DNA of 64,000 nt from Bdellovibrionales bacterium (GCA_947502835.1 CANNBJ010000002.1:475396-539395), one strand, 5' to 3'. Counted from the stretch's first letter, positions 19,984 through 28,440 are shown. A program made the numbers and translations. The notes: generated by a model from the sequence alone, not told the origin.

Positions 19984-20823
19984 TCAAGGGTTTGTGTGAG
20001 ATCCAACCTGCGACTTCGGATCCAGAATATCCCGGAGCGAATCACCCAGGAAATGAAACCCGAGCATGGTGAGGAAGAGGGCAAGTCCCGGAAAAATCAT
20101 GAGGTGTGGGTAGCTCAGCATGCCCCGGAACCCTTCATTGGCCAGTGTTCCCCAGCTTGCATAGGGGGGTTGAAGTCCAAGACCAATGAAGGAGAGGAAA
20201 CTTTCGGTCAGGATGTTGTTTGGAATCTGGAAGGTAAGGGAAACAATCATGGGTCCCATCAGGTTCGGAAGAATGTGCTGAAAGAGAATCCGCACCGGAG
20301 TCAGCCCGATCGCGCGCCCCGCCTCAACGTAGGGAAGTTCGCGTGCCTGAAGAACCAAGGCCCGGACGAGACGGGCCTGGGTCACCCAAGTGGTCATTCC
20401 GATCGAAATGAAGATCCCGAAGAAGCCCCGCCCGAAGAGCAAGGAGAGGAGAATCGCAAGGAGAAGCATCGGAAAGATATAAAAAATGTCGACCACGGCC
20501 ATGATCATCCGGTCCGTTCGCCCGCCGAAAAATCCCGCAAGCGCTCCTGTCAGGGTGCCAAGGATGAGGGAAAATCCCGCGGTACAGAATCCGACGGCAA
20601 GGGAAACGCGCGCACCGAAAAGAACCCTGCTGAACAGATCGCGTCCGAGGACATCTGTTCCCATCAGGAAGCCGGGTGCGGGTGCAGCCAGATTGGGCCC
20701 GACGCCGACCTCGTCGTAGGGAAAGGGCGCGATCATCGAAGCGAGGAGCGCCATGAGGCAAAGGGTTCCGAGGAGAATCGCACTTCCCACAAAGCGCTTG
20801 TCGGAGAGGTAGCGATTCCTCAT
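19984..20823 (-). CDS. Peptide/nickel-type ABC transporter permease (OppC/DppC-like)
   Basis: Six TM segments and an EAGRAIGLTPVRILFQHILPN EAA-loop motif. Confidence 0.85.
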   Translation of the reverse strand: MRNRYLSDKRFVGSAILLGTLCLMALLASMIAPFPYDEVGVGPNLAAPAPGFLMGTDVLGRDLFSRVLFGARVSLAVGFCTAGFSLILGTLTGALAGFFGGRTDRMIMAVVDIFYIFPMLLLAILLSLLFGRGFFGIFISIGMTTWVTQARLVRALVLQARELPYVEAGRAIGLTPVRILFQHILPNLMGPMIVSLTFQIPNNILTESFLSFIGLGLQPPYASWGTLANEGFRGMLSYPHLMIFPGLALFLTMLGFHFLGDSLRDILDPKSQVGSHTNP

Positions 20824-21746
20824 CCCTCACGCTCCACGCGAATCCTGGGATCGATCAATCCGTAGGTCAGATCCACCACAAGATTGCAAAGAATGAGGAC
20901 CGAGCCAAAGACAAGGGTCATTCCCATGACCAGTGGATAGTCGCGATCGATCACGGAGGTCACAAAATGGGTGCCGAGTCCGGGGATCTGGAAGATGGTT
21001 TCCACCACATACGAGCCCGTGATCAGGGAGGCCGTGATGGGACCAAGAAGGGTCACCACCGGAATCAGGGAATTCCGGAGAGCATGTTTGAAGAGGACGC
21101 GCGCCTCGCTCAGGCCTTTGCTGTGTGCCGTGCGGATGTAATCCGCGTGAAGAACTTCGAGGAGGCTGGTTCGTGTCATTCGCGCGATGATGGCCAGTGG
21201 ACGGAAGGAGAGGGTGAGGACGGGGAGGATCATCGATTTCCGGTCTTCCCAGAGTGCGGGAGGCAGCCAGCCAAGAGTGCTTGAAAAGAGAAGAACGAGC
21301 AAAGTTGCGATCAGGAATGTGGGGAGTGTGATCCCGGAAACCGCAACAAACATGGCCGAGAAGTCGAGCCATGTGCCGCGTTTCCAGGCGGAGAGCACTC
21401 CCAGGAGAACTCCCGCCACCACAGAGATCAGAAGCGCCCAGCCTCCGAGAATCAGGGAGGGAGGAAGCGCATCCGAGATGATGTCACGGACGGGAGTGCC
21501 GATGTAGTGAAACGAATCCCGGAGATCGCCGCGGGCGAGGTCACGACACCACTCCAAAAACTGCACTGGAAGAGGACGGTCCAGTCCGTATTTTGCATCG
21601 ATATTGGCCTTCACCTCGGCGGGCCAAACTTTCTCTCCGTCGAAGGGTCCGCCCGGGGCGAGACGCAACAGGAAAAAAGTTGCAACGATCAGGAATGCGA
21701 GTGTGGCTGAGGCCTGAAGGAGGCGTTTCATCAGAAACGAAATCAT
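20820..21746 (-). CDS. Peptide/nickel-type ABC transporter permease (OppB/DppB-like)
   Basis: MISFLMKRLLQASATLAFLIVATFFLLRLAPGGP N-terminus and DYIRTAHSKGLSEARVLFKHALRNSLIP EAA loop. Confidence 0.85.
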   Translation of the reverse strand: MISFLMKRLLQASATLAFLIVATFFLLRLAPGGPFDGEKVWPAEVKANIDAKYGLDRPLPVQFLEWCRDLARGDLRDSFHYIGTPVRDIISDALPPSLILGGWALLISVVAGVLLGVLSAWKRGTWLDFSAMFVAVSGITLPTFLIATLLVLLFSSTLGWLPPALWEDRKSMILPVLTLSFRPLAIIARMTRTSLLEVLHADYIRTAHSKGLSEARVLFKHALRNSLIPVVTLLGPITASLITGSYVVETIFQIPGLGTHFVTSVIDRDYPLVMGMTLVFGSVLILCNLVVDLTYGLIDPRIRVEREG

Positions 21747-22663
21747 CAGGGCCCGTCCTCATCTTCTTCGTGAACGGAGGAGTCGAAATCCGGATTCAGC
21801 ATCGGCGACTTCGGATAACGAACCCAGCCGCCGCCCGCAGGAAAATTCCGGGGAGGGGCGACGCACTCATTGCGGTCGTAAAGGAGCACGGTATAGGCGC
21901 TGATGAACGCATCGAAGGCGTTGATGTTCTGGGTGATCTTTTTCATGTCACGGTCATAGATGAAGATGTCCAGGGTTTCGCTCATCCGGGAGAGAATCGC
22001 TTCGCGGGCGTGCACACCCTCCTCGAGTTGGCGGTAGCGCGAAATGGTCCTGTGGGAAAGCTTCAAAAACGGCATCAAAAGCGCGATGGTGAGTTTTGGA
22101 AGAACTTCGTGCTTTTCGTATTTTCCGAGATGGAACTTCAGGAAATGCATTCGTCCGGTAAGAGGCGCCTTGTTGCCTCCGAGGGTCTCATCGATCTCAA
22201 ACCGGGCCTTTGCGGGCAGCTTGGGGAGCACTTCGTTTTTCAACCACAGCTCGACGGGGCGCTGGGTGTACGGGGTAAAGAATTCCTTCATTCTTGCGTT
22301 GCGCTTGGAGGTGCTTTTCTTGTTTTTTGTCCCGGAAGGGGACCGGGATGTCCTCATCCAGCGGACCTCGGGAACGGTACAGGCTTCGGGAAGCGGACAT
22401 GTCTTGCGTGTACAGGAAATGCACGGAGGGAGAGTGAGAGGGACATTGATCCCCATCTTGAGATCCGGATGCTCATCCGCATGTTCCGTGATGGTCTGGA
22501 TCAGGACCTCATCCGAGCTGTGGCCTTCGTCTGCGCCGATCCCCGAGTGGACGTCGAGCACGAAGATTTTCCTCTCCTTGGGATAGTATTCCAAAACCGC
22601 AATCGTGGTTTTTGCGTTCTTTGCGCCGGATAAATCCAATCCCAAGTATCGTTTCTGATTCAT
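21746..22663 (-). CDS. Hypothetical protein, possibly DUF429/RNase H-fold-like
   Basis: N-terminus YLGLDLSGAKNAKTTIAVL and C-terminal NAFDAFISAYTVLL resemble the termini of DUF429-type proteins. A Cys cluster (PPCISCTRKTCPLPEAC) is present. The assignment is weak. Start and stop overlap both neighbours. Confidence 0.35.
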   Translation of the reverse strand: MNQKRYLGLDLSGAKNAKTTIAVLEYYPKERKIFVLDVHSGIGADEGHSSDEVLIQTITEHADEHPDLKMGINVPLTLPPCISCTRKTCPLPEACTVPEVRWMRTSRSPSGTKNKKSTSKRNARMKEFFTPYTQRPVELWLKNEVLPKLPAKARFEIDETLGGNKAPLTGRMHFLKFHLGKYEKHEVLPKLTIALLMPFLKLSHRTISRYRQLEEGVHAREAILSRMSETLDIFIYDRDMKKITQNINAFDAFISAYTVLLYDRNECVAPPRNFPAGGGWVRYPKSPMLNPDFDSSVHEEDEDGP

Positions 22664-23739
22664 GTCCTGACCGTAAGTCCGTGAGGCACCGCCTCAAAGG
22701 GAAGGTGGCGGATTTCACTTGATTTCAGGACTGCCGCCTTTACGGCCTCGCGGATTTCCGGGTTTTTGTCAGGCAGGATGATGAAAAAACATCCGCCCCC
22801 TCCCGCGCCGCACACCTTGAAGGCAAGGTCGGTCACCTCGCGCGCACGACGATAGGCTTCATCCATTTCAGGGGTGCTGATGCCGGGGGCGAGGGTCTTC
22901 CGGGTCTCCCACTCTTCCCGGATGGCGGCGACCGCGGTTTTGAAATCCTGCTTGAGAAGGGCAGTCTCGAGCTTTGCGGTTGCTGCAACGATGGCCTTGA
23001 ACTTCTGCTCGATCGAAGCATCCCGATCAATCAAGCCCTTGAAGAGCTGCCAGTTGTTGATTCCGGAGTTGCGGGATTTTCCGGAATAGAAAAGCAGGGT
23101 GCGGGCTTCGATTTCCTTCAGGGTCTCGACCGGCATCGCCGATCGGGAGTTCTTCGCAATCTCCCAGCTCAGGGTCTGAAGTCCCCCGAAGGCGGCTCCA
23201 TAGTAATCCTGAAGTCCCGCCGGACCATACAAAACCTGGCTTTCGACATCCCGGGTGAGTGAGATCAGGAATTCCCCGTCACGCTCGAGATCAAGCGGCG
23301 TGCGTGGATTGGTCCACTTCCAAAGAGCGCCAATGATCGAGATGCTGAGGGCCGAAGAGCCGCCGAGTCCGGCACCGGCCGGGCTTTTGGCCTCGGTCTT
23401 CATGTGCAGGGAGAGTGCGCGGGGGTTCGAGTGGAGTTTTGCGAAATAGCGCAAAAGTCGAACGGGAAGCACAAGCTCCGGAATCGCAGTCGTGCGCGAG
23501 TCCAGGATTTCCTCCCAGGTAAAGGTATGGGATTTCTTGAGATCAATCGACTCGAGGATCACCATGGGGGTGCCGGAGGGTTCCGACACGAGTGTGGTTT
23601 TCGCAAAGAGGTTGATTCCGCAGTTGATCGTTTTCGGCGAATCGAGCAGAAGATACAGAGGCCAGATGTCCACCGTTCCACCTGCAAGGTCGATTCGTAC
23701 GGGGGCCACCGATTCAATCGTCATTTTTTCAGTGCTCAT
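22660..23739 (-). CDS. GHMP-family sugar/small-molecule kinase
   Basis: APVRIDLAGGTVDIWPLY and SPAGAGLGGSSALSISIIGAL (GHMP ATP-binding motif). The substrate is not inferable. Confidence 0.75.
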   Translation of the reverse strand: MSTEKMTIESVAPVRIDLAGGTVDIWPLYLLLDSPKTINCGINLFAKTTLVSEPSGTPMVILESIDLKKSHTFTWEEILDSRTTAIPELVLPVRLLRYFAKLHSNPRALSLHMKTEAKSPAGAGLGGSSALSISIIGALWKWTNPRTPLDLERDGEFLISLTRDVESQVLYGPAGLQDYYGAAFGGLQTLSWEIAKNSRSAMPVETLKEIEARTLLFYSGKSRNSGINNWQLFKGLIDRDASIEQKFKAIVAATAKLETALLKQDFKTAVAAIREEWETRKTLAPGISTPEMDEAYRRAREVTDLAFKVCGAGGGGCFFIILPDKNPEIREAVKAAVLKSSEIRHLPFEAVPHGLTVRT

Positions 23740-23742
23740 GTC

Positions 23743-24303
23743 TCATCCCTCAAGAACGCCGATGTAGGGCAGGGCGCGGTATTTCTCGGCATAATCAAGA
23801 CCGTAGCCTACCACAAATTTCTTCGGGATCTTGAATCCGACATGGTCGATCCTGAGATCCTTGACCCGAAGGGCCTCAGGCTTAAACAGCAGGGCTGCTG
23901 TGCGAATCGAAGCAGGCTTTTTTGCGTTAAGGTAATCGAGCATGTAGCTCAGGGTAAGGCCAGTGTCGACGATGTCTTCGACGATCAGCACATGTTTTCC
24001 ATTCAAGGGTTGATGCAGATCGAGAGTGACTTTCACTTCTCCGGTCGACTCGGTGTGATTTCCATAGCTCGACACTCCCAGAAACTCGCACGTCACATCC
24101 ATCTTGAGATTCCGGATCAGGTCCGCGAAAAAAATCACGCTCCCCTTGAGGGTGCAGATGACGGTGATTTCCTGATCTCCGTAGGCTTGCCGGATTTCGC
24201 TTGCAAGTTCCCGCACGCGGGATTGAATCGTTTCCTCGCTCAGGAATACAGGGGGTTCGGAAAATTTCACTGCGGAACTGGATTGGGATTTTGATTCAGA
24301 CAT
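23743..24303 (-). CDS. hpt: Hypoxanthine(-guanine) phosphoribosyltransferase
   Basis: HVLIVEDIVDTGLTLSYM PRPP-binding motif and VVGYGLDYAEKYRALPYIGVL. Confidence 0.9.
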   Translation of the reverse strand: MSESKSQSSSAVKFSEPPVFLSEETIQSRVRELASEIRQAYGDQEITVICTLKGSVIFFADLIRNLKMDVTCEFLGVSSYGNHTESTGEVKVTLDLHQPLNGKHVLIVEDIVDTGLTLSYMLDYLNAKKPASIRTAALLFKPEALRVKDLRIDHVGFKIPKKFVVGYGLDYAEKYRALPYIGVLEG

Positions 24304-25114
24304 AAGCGTTGTTCATGATTTCCCCGAAGCCGCCGCCCCCGGGTACGATGTATTGGTTTTCGTTCAAGCCCTTTTCCCGGTCCCAGTGGGTGCCTGGAAT
24401 GGTTTCGAGGATCGCGGGCTCGGAAAGACCTCGGTCAAGGCGGATTGCATAAATTTCAAGTTCGGGGCACGCACGGGTCACTTTTTTCAGATACTCGGGG
24501 GTGACAATGCAGTGGAGCGCGATCCAGCGTTTTGCTGACCCGTACTTGCGATACAGCTCGAGCGTCTCAACCACGGTGGCTCCGGTCGCACCCATGGGGT
24601 CGGGGATCAGAACGTAGGCACCGTCCACGGGCCCACCAATCTTGTGTCCGGAGACCAGGCTGCCCGTCACATGGTGGGACGAATCCGTTTGACGGGCGAT
24701 GCTGATGTGGTCCTGGCGCACTTGTGCCGGATCGAGAAGGTAGTTCAGGGTCTGATAGCAGATCATCGAGGGCAGGGTGCCTGCACGTGCAAGATTCACA
24801 CTGATCGCCCGGGTTTCCGGGGCAAGGGCCTGATGTTCGAATTCGCCTTCCGGATGCTCCGTGCTCATGCGCGAACGGGTGGTGCAGGTTTCTTGTGGAA
24901 ATTCACGATTGATCACGGTTCGAACCAGCGATGTGTAGATCTGGCTTACGAGTTCGTTGATGAGAGGCTGAGTAGTCACAGCAGAGCAGAGCCGCGCAAG
25001 CTGAGTAGTCAGAAAGGGATCCGAAAGCAGGTGAACGCGCGGACCGTAGCGATGATCTTGTTCCGAAAGCGTGTAGGGGAGCTTCTGATGTGCGGAATCC
25101 CTATGCGGTTTCAT
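24296..25114 (-). CDS. Uracil phosphoribosyltransferase family protein (long form)
   Basis: LIPDPMGATGATV PRPP loop and C-terminal YIVPGGGGFGEIMNNAY, the equivalent of the UPRT YIVPGLGDAGDR motif. Confidence 0.7.
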   Translation of the reverse strand: MKPHRDSAHQKLPYTLSEQDHRYGPRVHLLSDPFLTTQLARLCSAVTTQPLINELVSQIYTSLVRTVINREFPQETCTTRSRMSTEHPEGEFEHQALAPETRAISVNLARAGTLPSMICYQTLNYLLDPAQVRQDHISIARQTDSSHHVTGSLVSGHKIGGPVDGAYVLIPDPMGATGATVVETLELYRKYGSAKRWIALHCIVTPEYLKKVTRACPELEIYAIRLDRGLSEPAILETIPGTHWDREKGLNENQYIVPGGGGFGEIMNNAYV

Positions 25115-25760
25115 TCTTTTCGGGATTTTTTTGGATCAGTTTTGACTTCGGGAAAAGCCCGGTTTGGAACGAGGTGATCGTATTGGGCTCATGGCAAAAC
25201 CGGCAGCGGGCTTCGTAATAATCATGAGCCCCGACCAGCACTTGCTCCTCCGTGGTTGCGCCACTCGGTTCCGCTTCGCCCACCAGGCGTTGGGACCGGG
25301 TGGCAGGTTCGCCGCACACCATGCAGACCGCGGAAAGTTTTGTCACATGCTCTGCGATTGCCAGAAGCTTTGGCATGGGTCCGAAGGGCTGGCCCCGGAA
25401 GTCCATGTCGAGTCCGGCACAGATCACGCGAGTTCCACGGTAGGCAAGCTTCTGTGCAACGTCCACGAGGGTTTCATCAAAGAACTGGGATTCATCAATC
25501 CCAACCACGCGGGTGTTGTCTTCGACCTTCTCGAGAATTTCGAGAGCGGACGTCACGGGAGTCGAAGCGATCTTATTGGCATCGTGGCTTTGCACATGAT
25601 CGACACTGTAGCGTTGATCAATGACGGGCTTGAAGACCTGGATCTTTTGCTTGGCGTACTGGGCGCGTTTCAATCGCCGCATGAGTTCCTCGGTCTTGCC
25701 GCTGAACATGCTCCCGCACACCACTTCCACCTGTCCGTTCTGCAAATTCCCCATCGCCAT
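25101..25760 (-). CDS. tdk: Thymidine kinase
   Basis: GSMFSGKTEELMRR P-loop and a C-terminal Zn ribbon, CMVCGEPA...CRFCH. Confidence 0.9.
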   Translation of the reverse strand: MAMGNLQNGQVEVVCGSMFSGKTEELMRRLKRAQYAKQKIQVFKPVIDQRYSVDHVQSHDANKIASTPVTSALEILEKVEDNTRVVGIDESQFFDETLVDVAQKLAYRGTRVICAGLDMDFRGQPFGPMPKLLAIAEHVTKLSAVCMVCGEPATRSQRLVGEAEPSGATTEEQVLVGAHDYYEARCRFCHEPNTITSFQTGLFPKSKLIQKNPEKNETA

Positions 25761-25813
25761 AGGTCCCTAGGGGTATCGAACTTCGGGCCTGTTCGTCAAC
25801 TGGCGGATCCTGA

Positions 25814-26016
25814 ACAAACTGGTCCCTTTGAGTGGGCACGGACATCAATGGACTCACTAGAAGCTGTTTGGAATGATTGAATTTTGGTCTCCGAGCCGCG
25901 TCCTGCGGCCTCGCTTTTGTCAATCCTGACTCGCGAGAGTCGACCAAAACTCAATCATTCCAAACAGCTCCCGGCTAATCCACTTAGGTCTGTGCCCACT
26001 CAAAGGGGCCAGTTTG
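25814..26016. repeat. Nested palindromic (MITE-like) element R1
   Basis: The outer arms ACAAACTGGTCCCTTTGAGTGGGCAC (25814-) and GTGCCCACTCAAAGGGGCCAGTTTGT (-26016) pair. The inner 27-nt arms 25863-25889 / 25942-25968 have 1 mismatch. The 52-nt core at 25890-25941 is shared in reverse complement with 27715-27766. Confidence 0.85.
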
Positions 26017-26153
26017 TGATCTCTTGCATGCAGACAGGCAGCCTAAGGGTGCAGTGGGAGTAATCTTCATTGAAAGCAGTTTTTCTCAAGTATCTGTAAT
26101 TGTTGCTGTTTAATTTATTTCACCTATTTAAATACACATATTATAATGAGTCA

Positions 26154-26654
26154 GTGGAGATCGATCTTAAGCGCCTAAGAGGTACATTTCGGTTAACCCA
26201 GGTTGAACTCGCTCATGAGAGCGGTGTCAGCCTGCCCACCATTCAAAAAATCGAATCAGGACAAGGAAATCCCACGATCGAGATTCTGGAAAAGATCCTC
26301 TCTGCACTCGGTCTTCGGGTTCAGCTAAAATGTGAGGAATTCAATGTGGGTCGGGCCATTTCCCTCGGGGTGCCGCTGACGGGCAAAAGGGATCCCGGAG
26401 CCCCTCCGTCGAAAGAGGCGCTCAGGATCGAATCACGGAAGTGGATCCACCAAGTGTTGGGGGGGCAGCTACGCGAGCGGGATGAAGCCGCAATCTGGGC
26501 CGTATTTCTCGCGCTGAAAATTCACTTTCCCAAAGTATATTCGGAGTTCATTGCCTCCCGCGAGGTGGAAGATGCATTGAAAGAAAAATCGAGAGAGGGA
26601 AAAATCATCAAGCTCTATCGAATTGCTCTTGCTGAAGTGAGTCAGTACCTGTGA
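26154..26654 (+). CDS. XRE-family HTH protein with uncharacterised C-terminal domain
   Basis: LKRLRGTFRLTQVELAHESGVSLPTIQKIESGQGNPTIEILEKILSALGL is a classic XRE/Cro HTH. A GTG at 26154 gives a normal N-terminus; the ORF track starts at TTG 26100. The stop overlaps the next gene's start (GTGA). Confidence 0.75.
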   Translation: MEIDLKRLRGTFRLTQVELAHESGVSLPTIQKIESGQGNPTIEILEKILSALGLRVQLKCEEFNVGRAISLGVPLTGKRDPGAPPSKEALRIESRKWIHQVLGGQLRERDEAAIWAVFLALKIHFPKVYSEFIASREVEDALKEKSREGKIIKLYRIALAEVSQYL

Positions 26655-27178
26655 ATCCAAGGACATTGAAAAAATTCATTGAAATCGCCTCCGACCGCCT
26701 GACTGGAGAGTGGGTTGTGATCGGAGGAACGGTGCTTCCCATTCTTGGAGTCGAGTATCGAGTCACACTTGATATTGACCTCATCAGGATTCGTGAAAAA
26801 GAGGGCAATTCAGATTCATTGATCTTGATGGAGATTGCCGAACAAATCGGTTTGCCAATTGAAGCAGTGAATCAGGCCGGGGCTTATTTTTTTTCCAAGG
26901 TGGAAAATGCGAACGATCATCTCGTCATTCTGAGGAAAGGGAGCAAGTGCACCATCTACCGACCGGACGTTTGGTTATATATTGCGCTGAAGTTGGGTCG
27001 GTTTACGGAAACTGATCTTGAGGATTGTTTGCTCATGATCAAGCATCTGGATGAAGAGTTTCAGTCTCAAAAAGCGGGCATCATTCAATTGATTCAAGGA
27101 AAGATCAAAGCCTCCAAATCCGGAAGCGATCAGTGGCTGAACCGTGTACATGAGCTCCTAAAAAGATGCCAGAAGTAG
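26651..27178 (+). CDS. Hypothetical protein, possible minimal nucleotidyltransferase fold (AbiEii/MNT-like)
   Basis: WVVIGGTVLPILG ... VTLDIDLI resembles the GG[ST]...DxD pattern of Pol-beta-superfamily NTases. It is translationally coupled to the HTH gene. The assignment is tentative. Confidence 0.4.
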   Translation: MNPRTLKKFIEIASDRLTGEWVVIGGTVLPILGVEYRVTLDIDLIRIREKEGNSDSLILMEIAEQIGLPIEAVNQAGAYFFSKVENANDHLVILRKGSKCTIYRPDVWLYIALKLGRFTETDLEDCLLMIKHLDEEFQSQKAGIIQLIQGKIKASKSGSDQWLNRVHELLKRCQK

Positions 27179-27205
27179 GCTTTAAAGAAATTTAGTGAAA
27201 AACCC

Positions 27206-27631
27206 ATGAATCCTACAAAACCCCATAGTTCCAAGGTCCGAAAACCCACTCCTTTTGAATTCGTCTTGGATGAATTGTCCGCCCTGGACCTTCACACCCG
27301 TCCGATGTTCGGCTGCACTGCGGTTTATATTGGAAGCAAGATCGTACTTGTTCTTCGAAAGAAGGCGAATACGGATCAGGATACAGGGATCTGGGTGTGC
27401 ATTCCCGACGAGCATGTTGCCGTGATGAAAGAGCGCTTTGGAATGTTACGGGGAGTGAGCTTCTTTGAAGATCCGGACTCCGCGTGGCAGGTTTTGCATG
27501 AAACCGATCCTGCATTCGAAGAGACGGCGCTTCAGTTTTGCTCCATGATCAAAAAAGGGACCCCGCTGATTGGCAGGGTCCCGAAGCAAAAAAAGACAAG
27601 GGTGAAGCGGAGAATAAAAGCAATCAAATAG
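27206..27631 (+). CDS. Hypothetical protein, possible TfoX N-terminal-like domain
   Basis: RPMFGCTAVYIGSKIVLVLRKK resembles the MFGG.G.Y..G..FA core of TfoX_N-type domains. Basic C-terminal tail (KQKKTRVKRRIKAIK). Confidence 0.35.
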   Translation: MNPTKPHSSKVRKPTPFEFVLDELSALDLHTRPMFGCTAVYIGSKIVLVLRKKANTDQDTGIWVCIPDEHVAVMKERFGMLRGVSFFEDPDSAWQVLHETDPAFEETALQFCSMIKKGTPLIGRVPKQKKTRVKRRIKAIK

Positions 27632-27651
27632 CAGTCATATGCTACAAATTC

Positions 27652-27834
27652 GCCCTAAGTTTGGATAGGGGTCCAAGGTATATGGGAAGTCCTCAGAGTC
27701 AGATGAATTTGGCCGACTCTCGCGAGTCAGGACAGACGACAGCGAGGCCGCAGGATGCGGCTCGGAGGCCAAATTCATCTGACTCTGAGGACCATGCCCT
27801 GTTTCCCTTGAAGCTCCATACACAACCTTAGGGC
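27652..27834. repeat. Nested palindromic (MITE-like) element R2, inverted relative to R1
   Basis: Perfect 24-nt arms: CCTCAGAGTCAGATGAATTTGGCC (27691-27714) / GGCCAAATTCATCTGACTCTGAGG (27767-27790). The 52-nt core at 27715-27766 is the reverse complement of the R1 core apart from a central 9-nt patch and 1 further substitution. CTAAGTTT occurs at both outer borders (27656-27663, 27834-27841). Confidence 0.85.
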
Positions 27835-27843
27835 TAAGTTTAC

Positions 27844-28440
27844 TCAGTCCTTGATCTTGATGCTGAGAATCTTCACATCCTGATTCGGGCGATCCATTTC
27901 GTTGCGGGCTACCTTGGAGATCTTGTTCACCACGTCCATTCCTTCCGTCACTTCGCCGAAAATCGTGTGGCGTCCGTTGAGATGGGGAGTCGGAGCAACG
28001 GTGATGAAAAACTGGGACCCATTGGTGTTCGGGCCGGAGTTCGCCATCGCAAGGATTCCTGGTTTTGCAAAACTGTCGAGCGGGCCCACTTCATCCTGAA
28101 ACTGGTAGCCCGGGCCTCCGATTCCCTGTCCGAGCGGATCTCCACCCTGAATCATGAAATCCGGAATGACCCGATGAAAGATGGTGCCCGTGTAAAGGGA
28201 TTTGCCTTTCATCGTCTTGCTCGACTTCGGGTCGGTCCATTCTTTTTTACCGCTGGCAAGGCCTGTGAAGTTATCAACCGTAATGGGTGCCTTGTCCTTG
28301 AAAAGGGTGACGGTGATTTTCCCCATCGAGGTGGTGATGATCGCACTCGGGTTCTTCGCAGGTTTTGCGGAAGTCGCTTTTTCTGCAAACACAGGGTTGG
28401 AGAACAGAGCTAATGTCAAAGCAAGAAGTTGAGTTTTCAT
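27844..28440 (-). CDS. Peptidyl-prolyl cis-trans isomerase (cyclophilin type), secreted
   Basis: Signal peptide MKTQLLALTLALFSNPVFA; FHRVIPDFMIQGGDP and MANSGPNTNGSQFFIT cyclophilin motifs. Confidence 0.9.
   Translation of the reverse strand: MKTQLLALTLALFSNPVFAEKATSAKPAKNPSAIITTSMGKITVTLFKDKAPITVDNFTGLASGKKEWTDPKSSKTMKGKSLYTGTIFHRVIPDFMIQGGDPLGQGIGGPGYQFQDEVGPLDSFAKPGILAMANSGPNTNGSQFFITVAPTPHLNGRHTIFGEVTEGMDVVNKISKVARNEMDRPNQDVKILSIKIKD

Noticed and set aside
25821-25839. Possible relationship between the R1 outer arm (GGTCCCTTTGAGTGGGCAC) and the IS/MITE TIR (GGTCCAATCTTCGGGGGCAC)
   Set aside because: The two share the GGTCC...GGGCAC frame, but the orientation relative to the element ends is reversed (GGTCC is outermost in R1 and innermost in the MITEs), and the middle differs. 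This is not enough evidence to treat them as one family.
25618-25947. ORFs crossing the R1 and R2 repeats (25618..25947 minus, 27538..27831 plus) that share the peptide SRESG.T.ARPQDAARRP
   Set aside because: The shared peptide is just the translation of the conserved 52-nt repeat core. The ORFs run through palindromic non-coding elements, have no start context and do not look like proteins.
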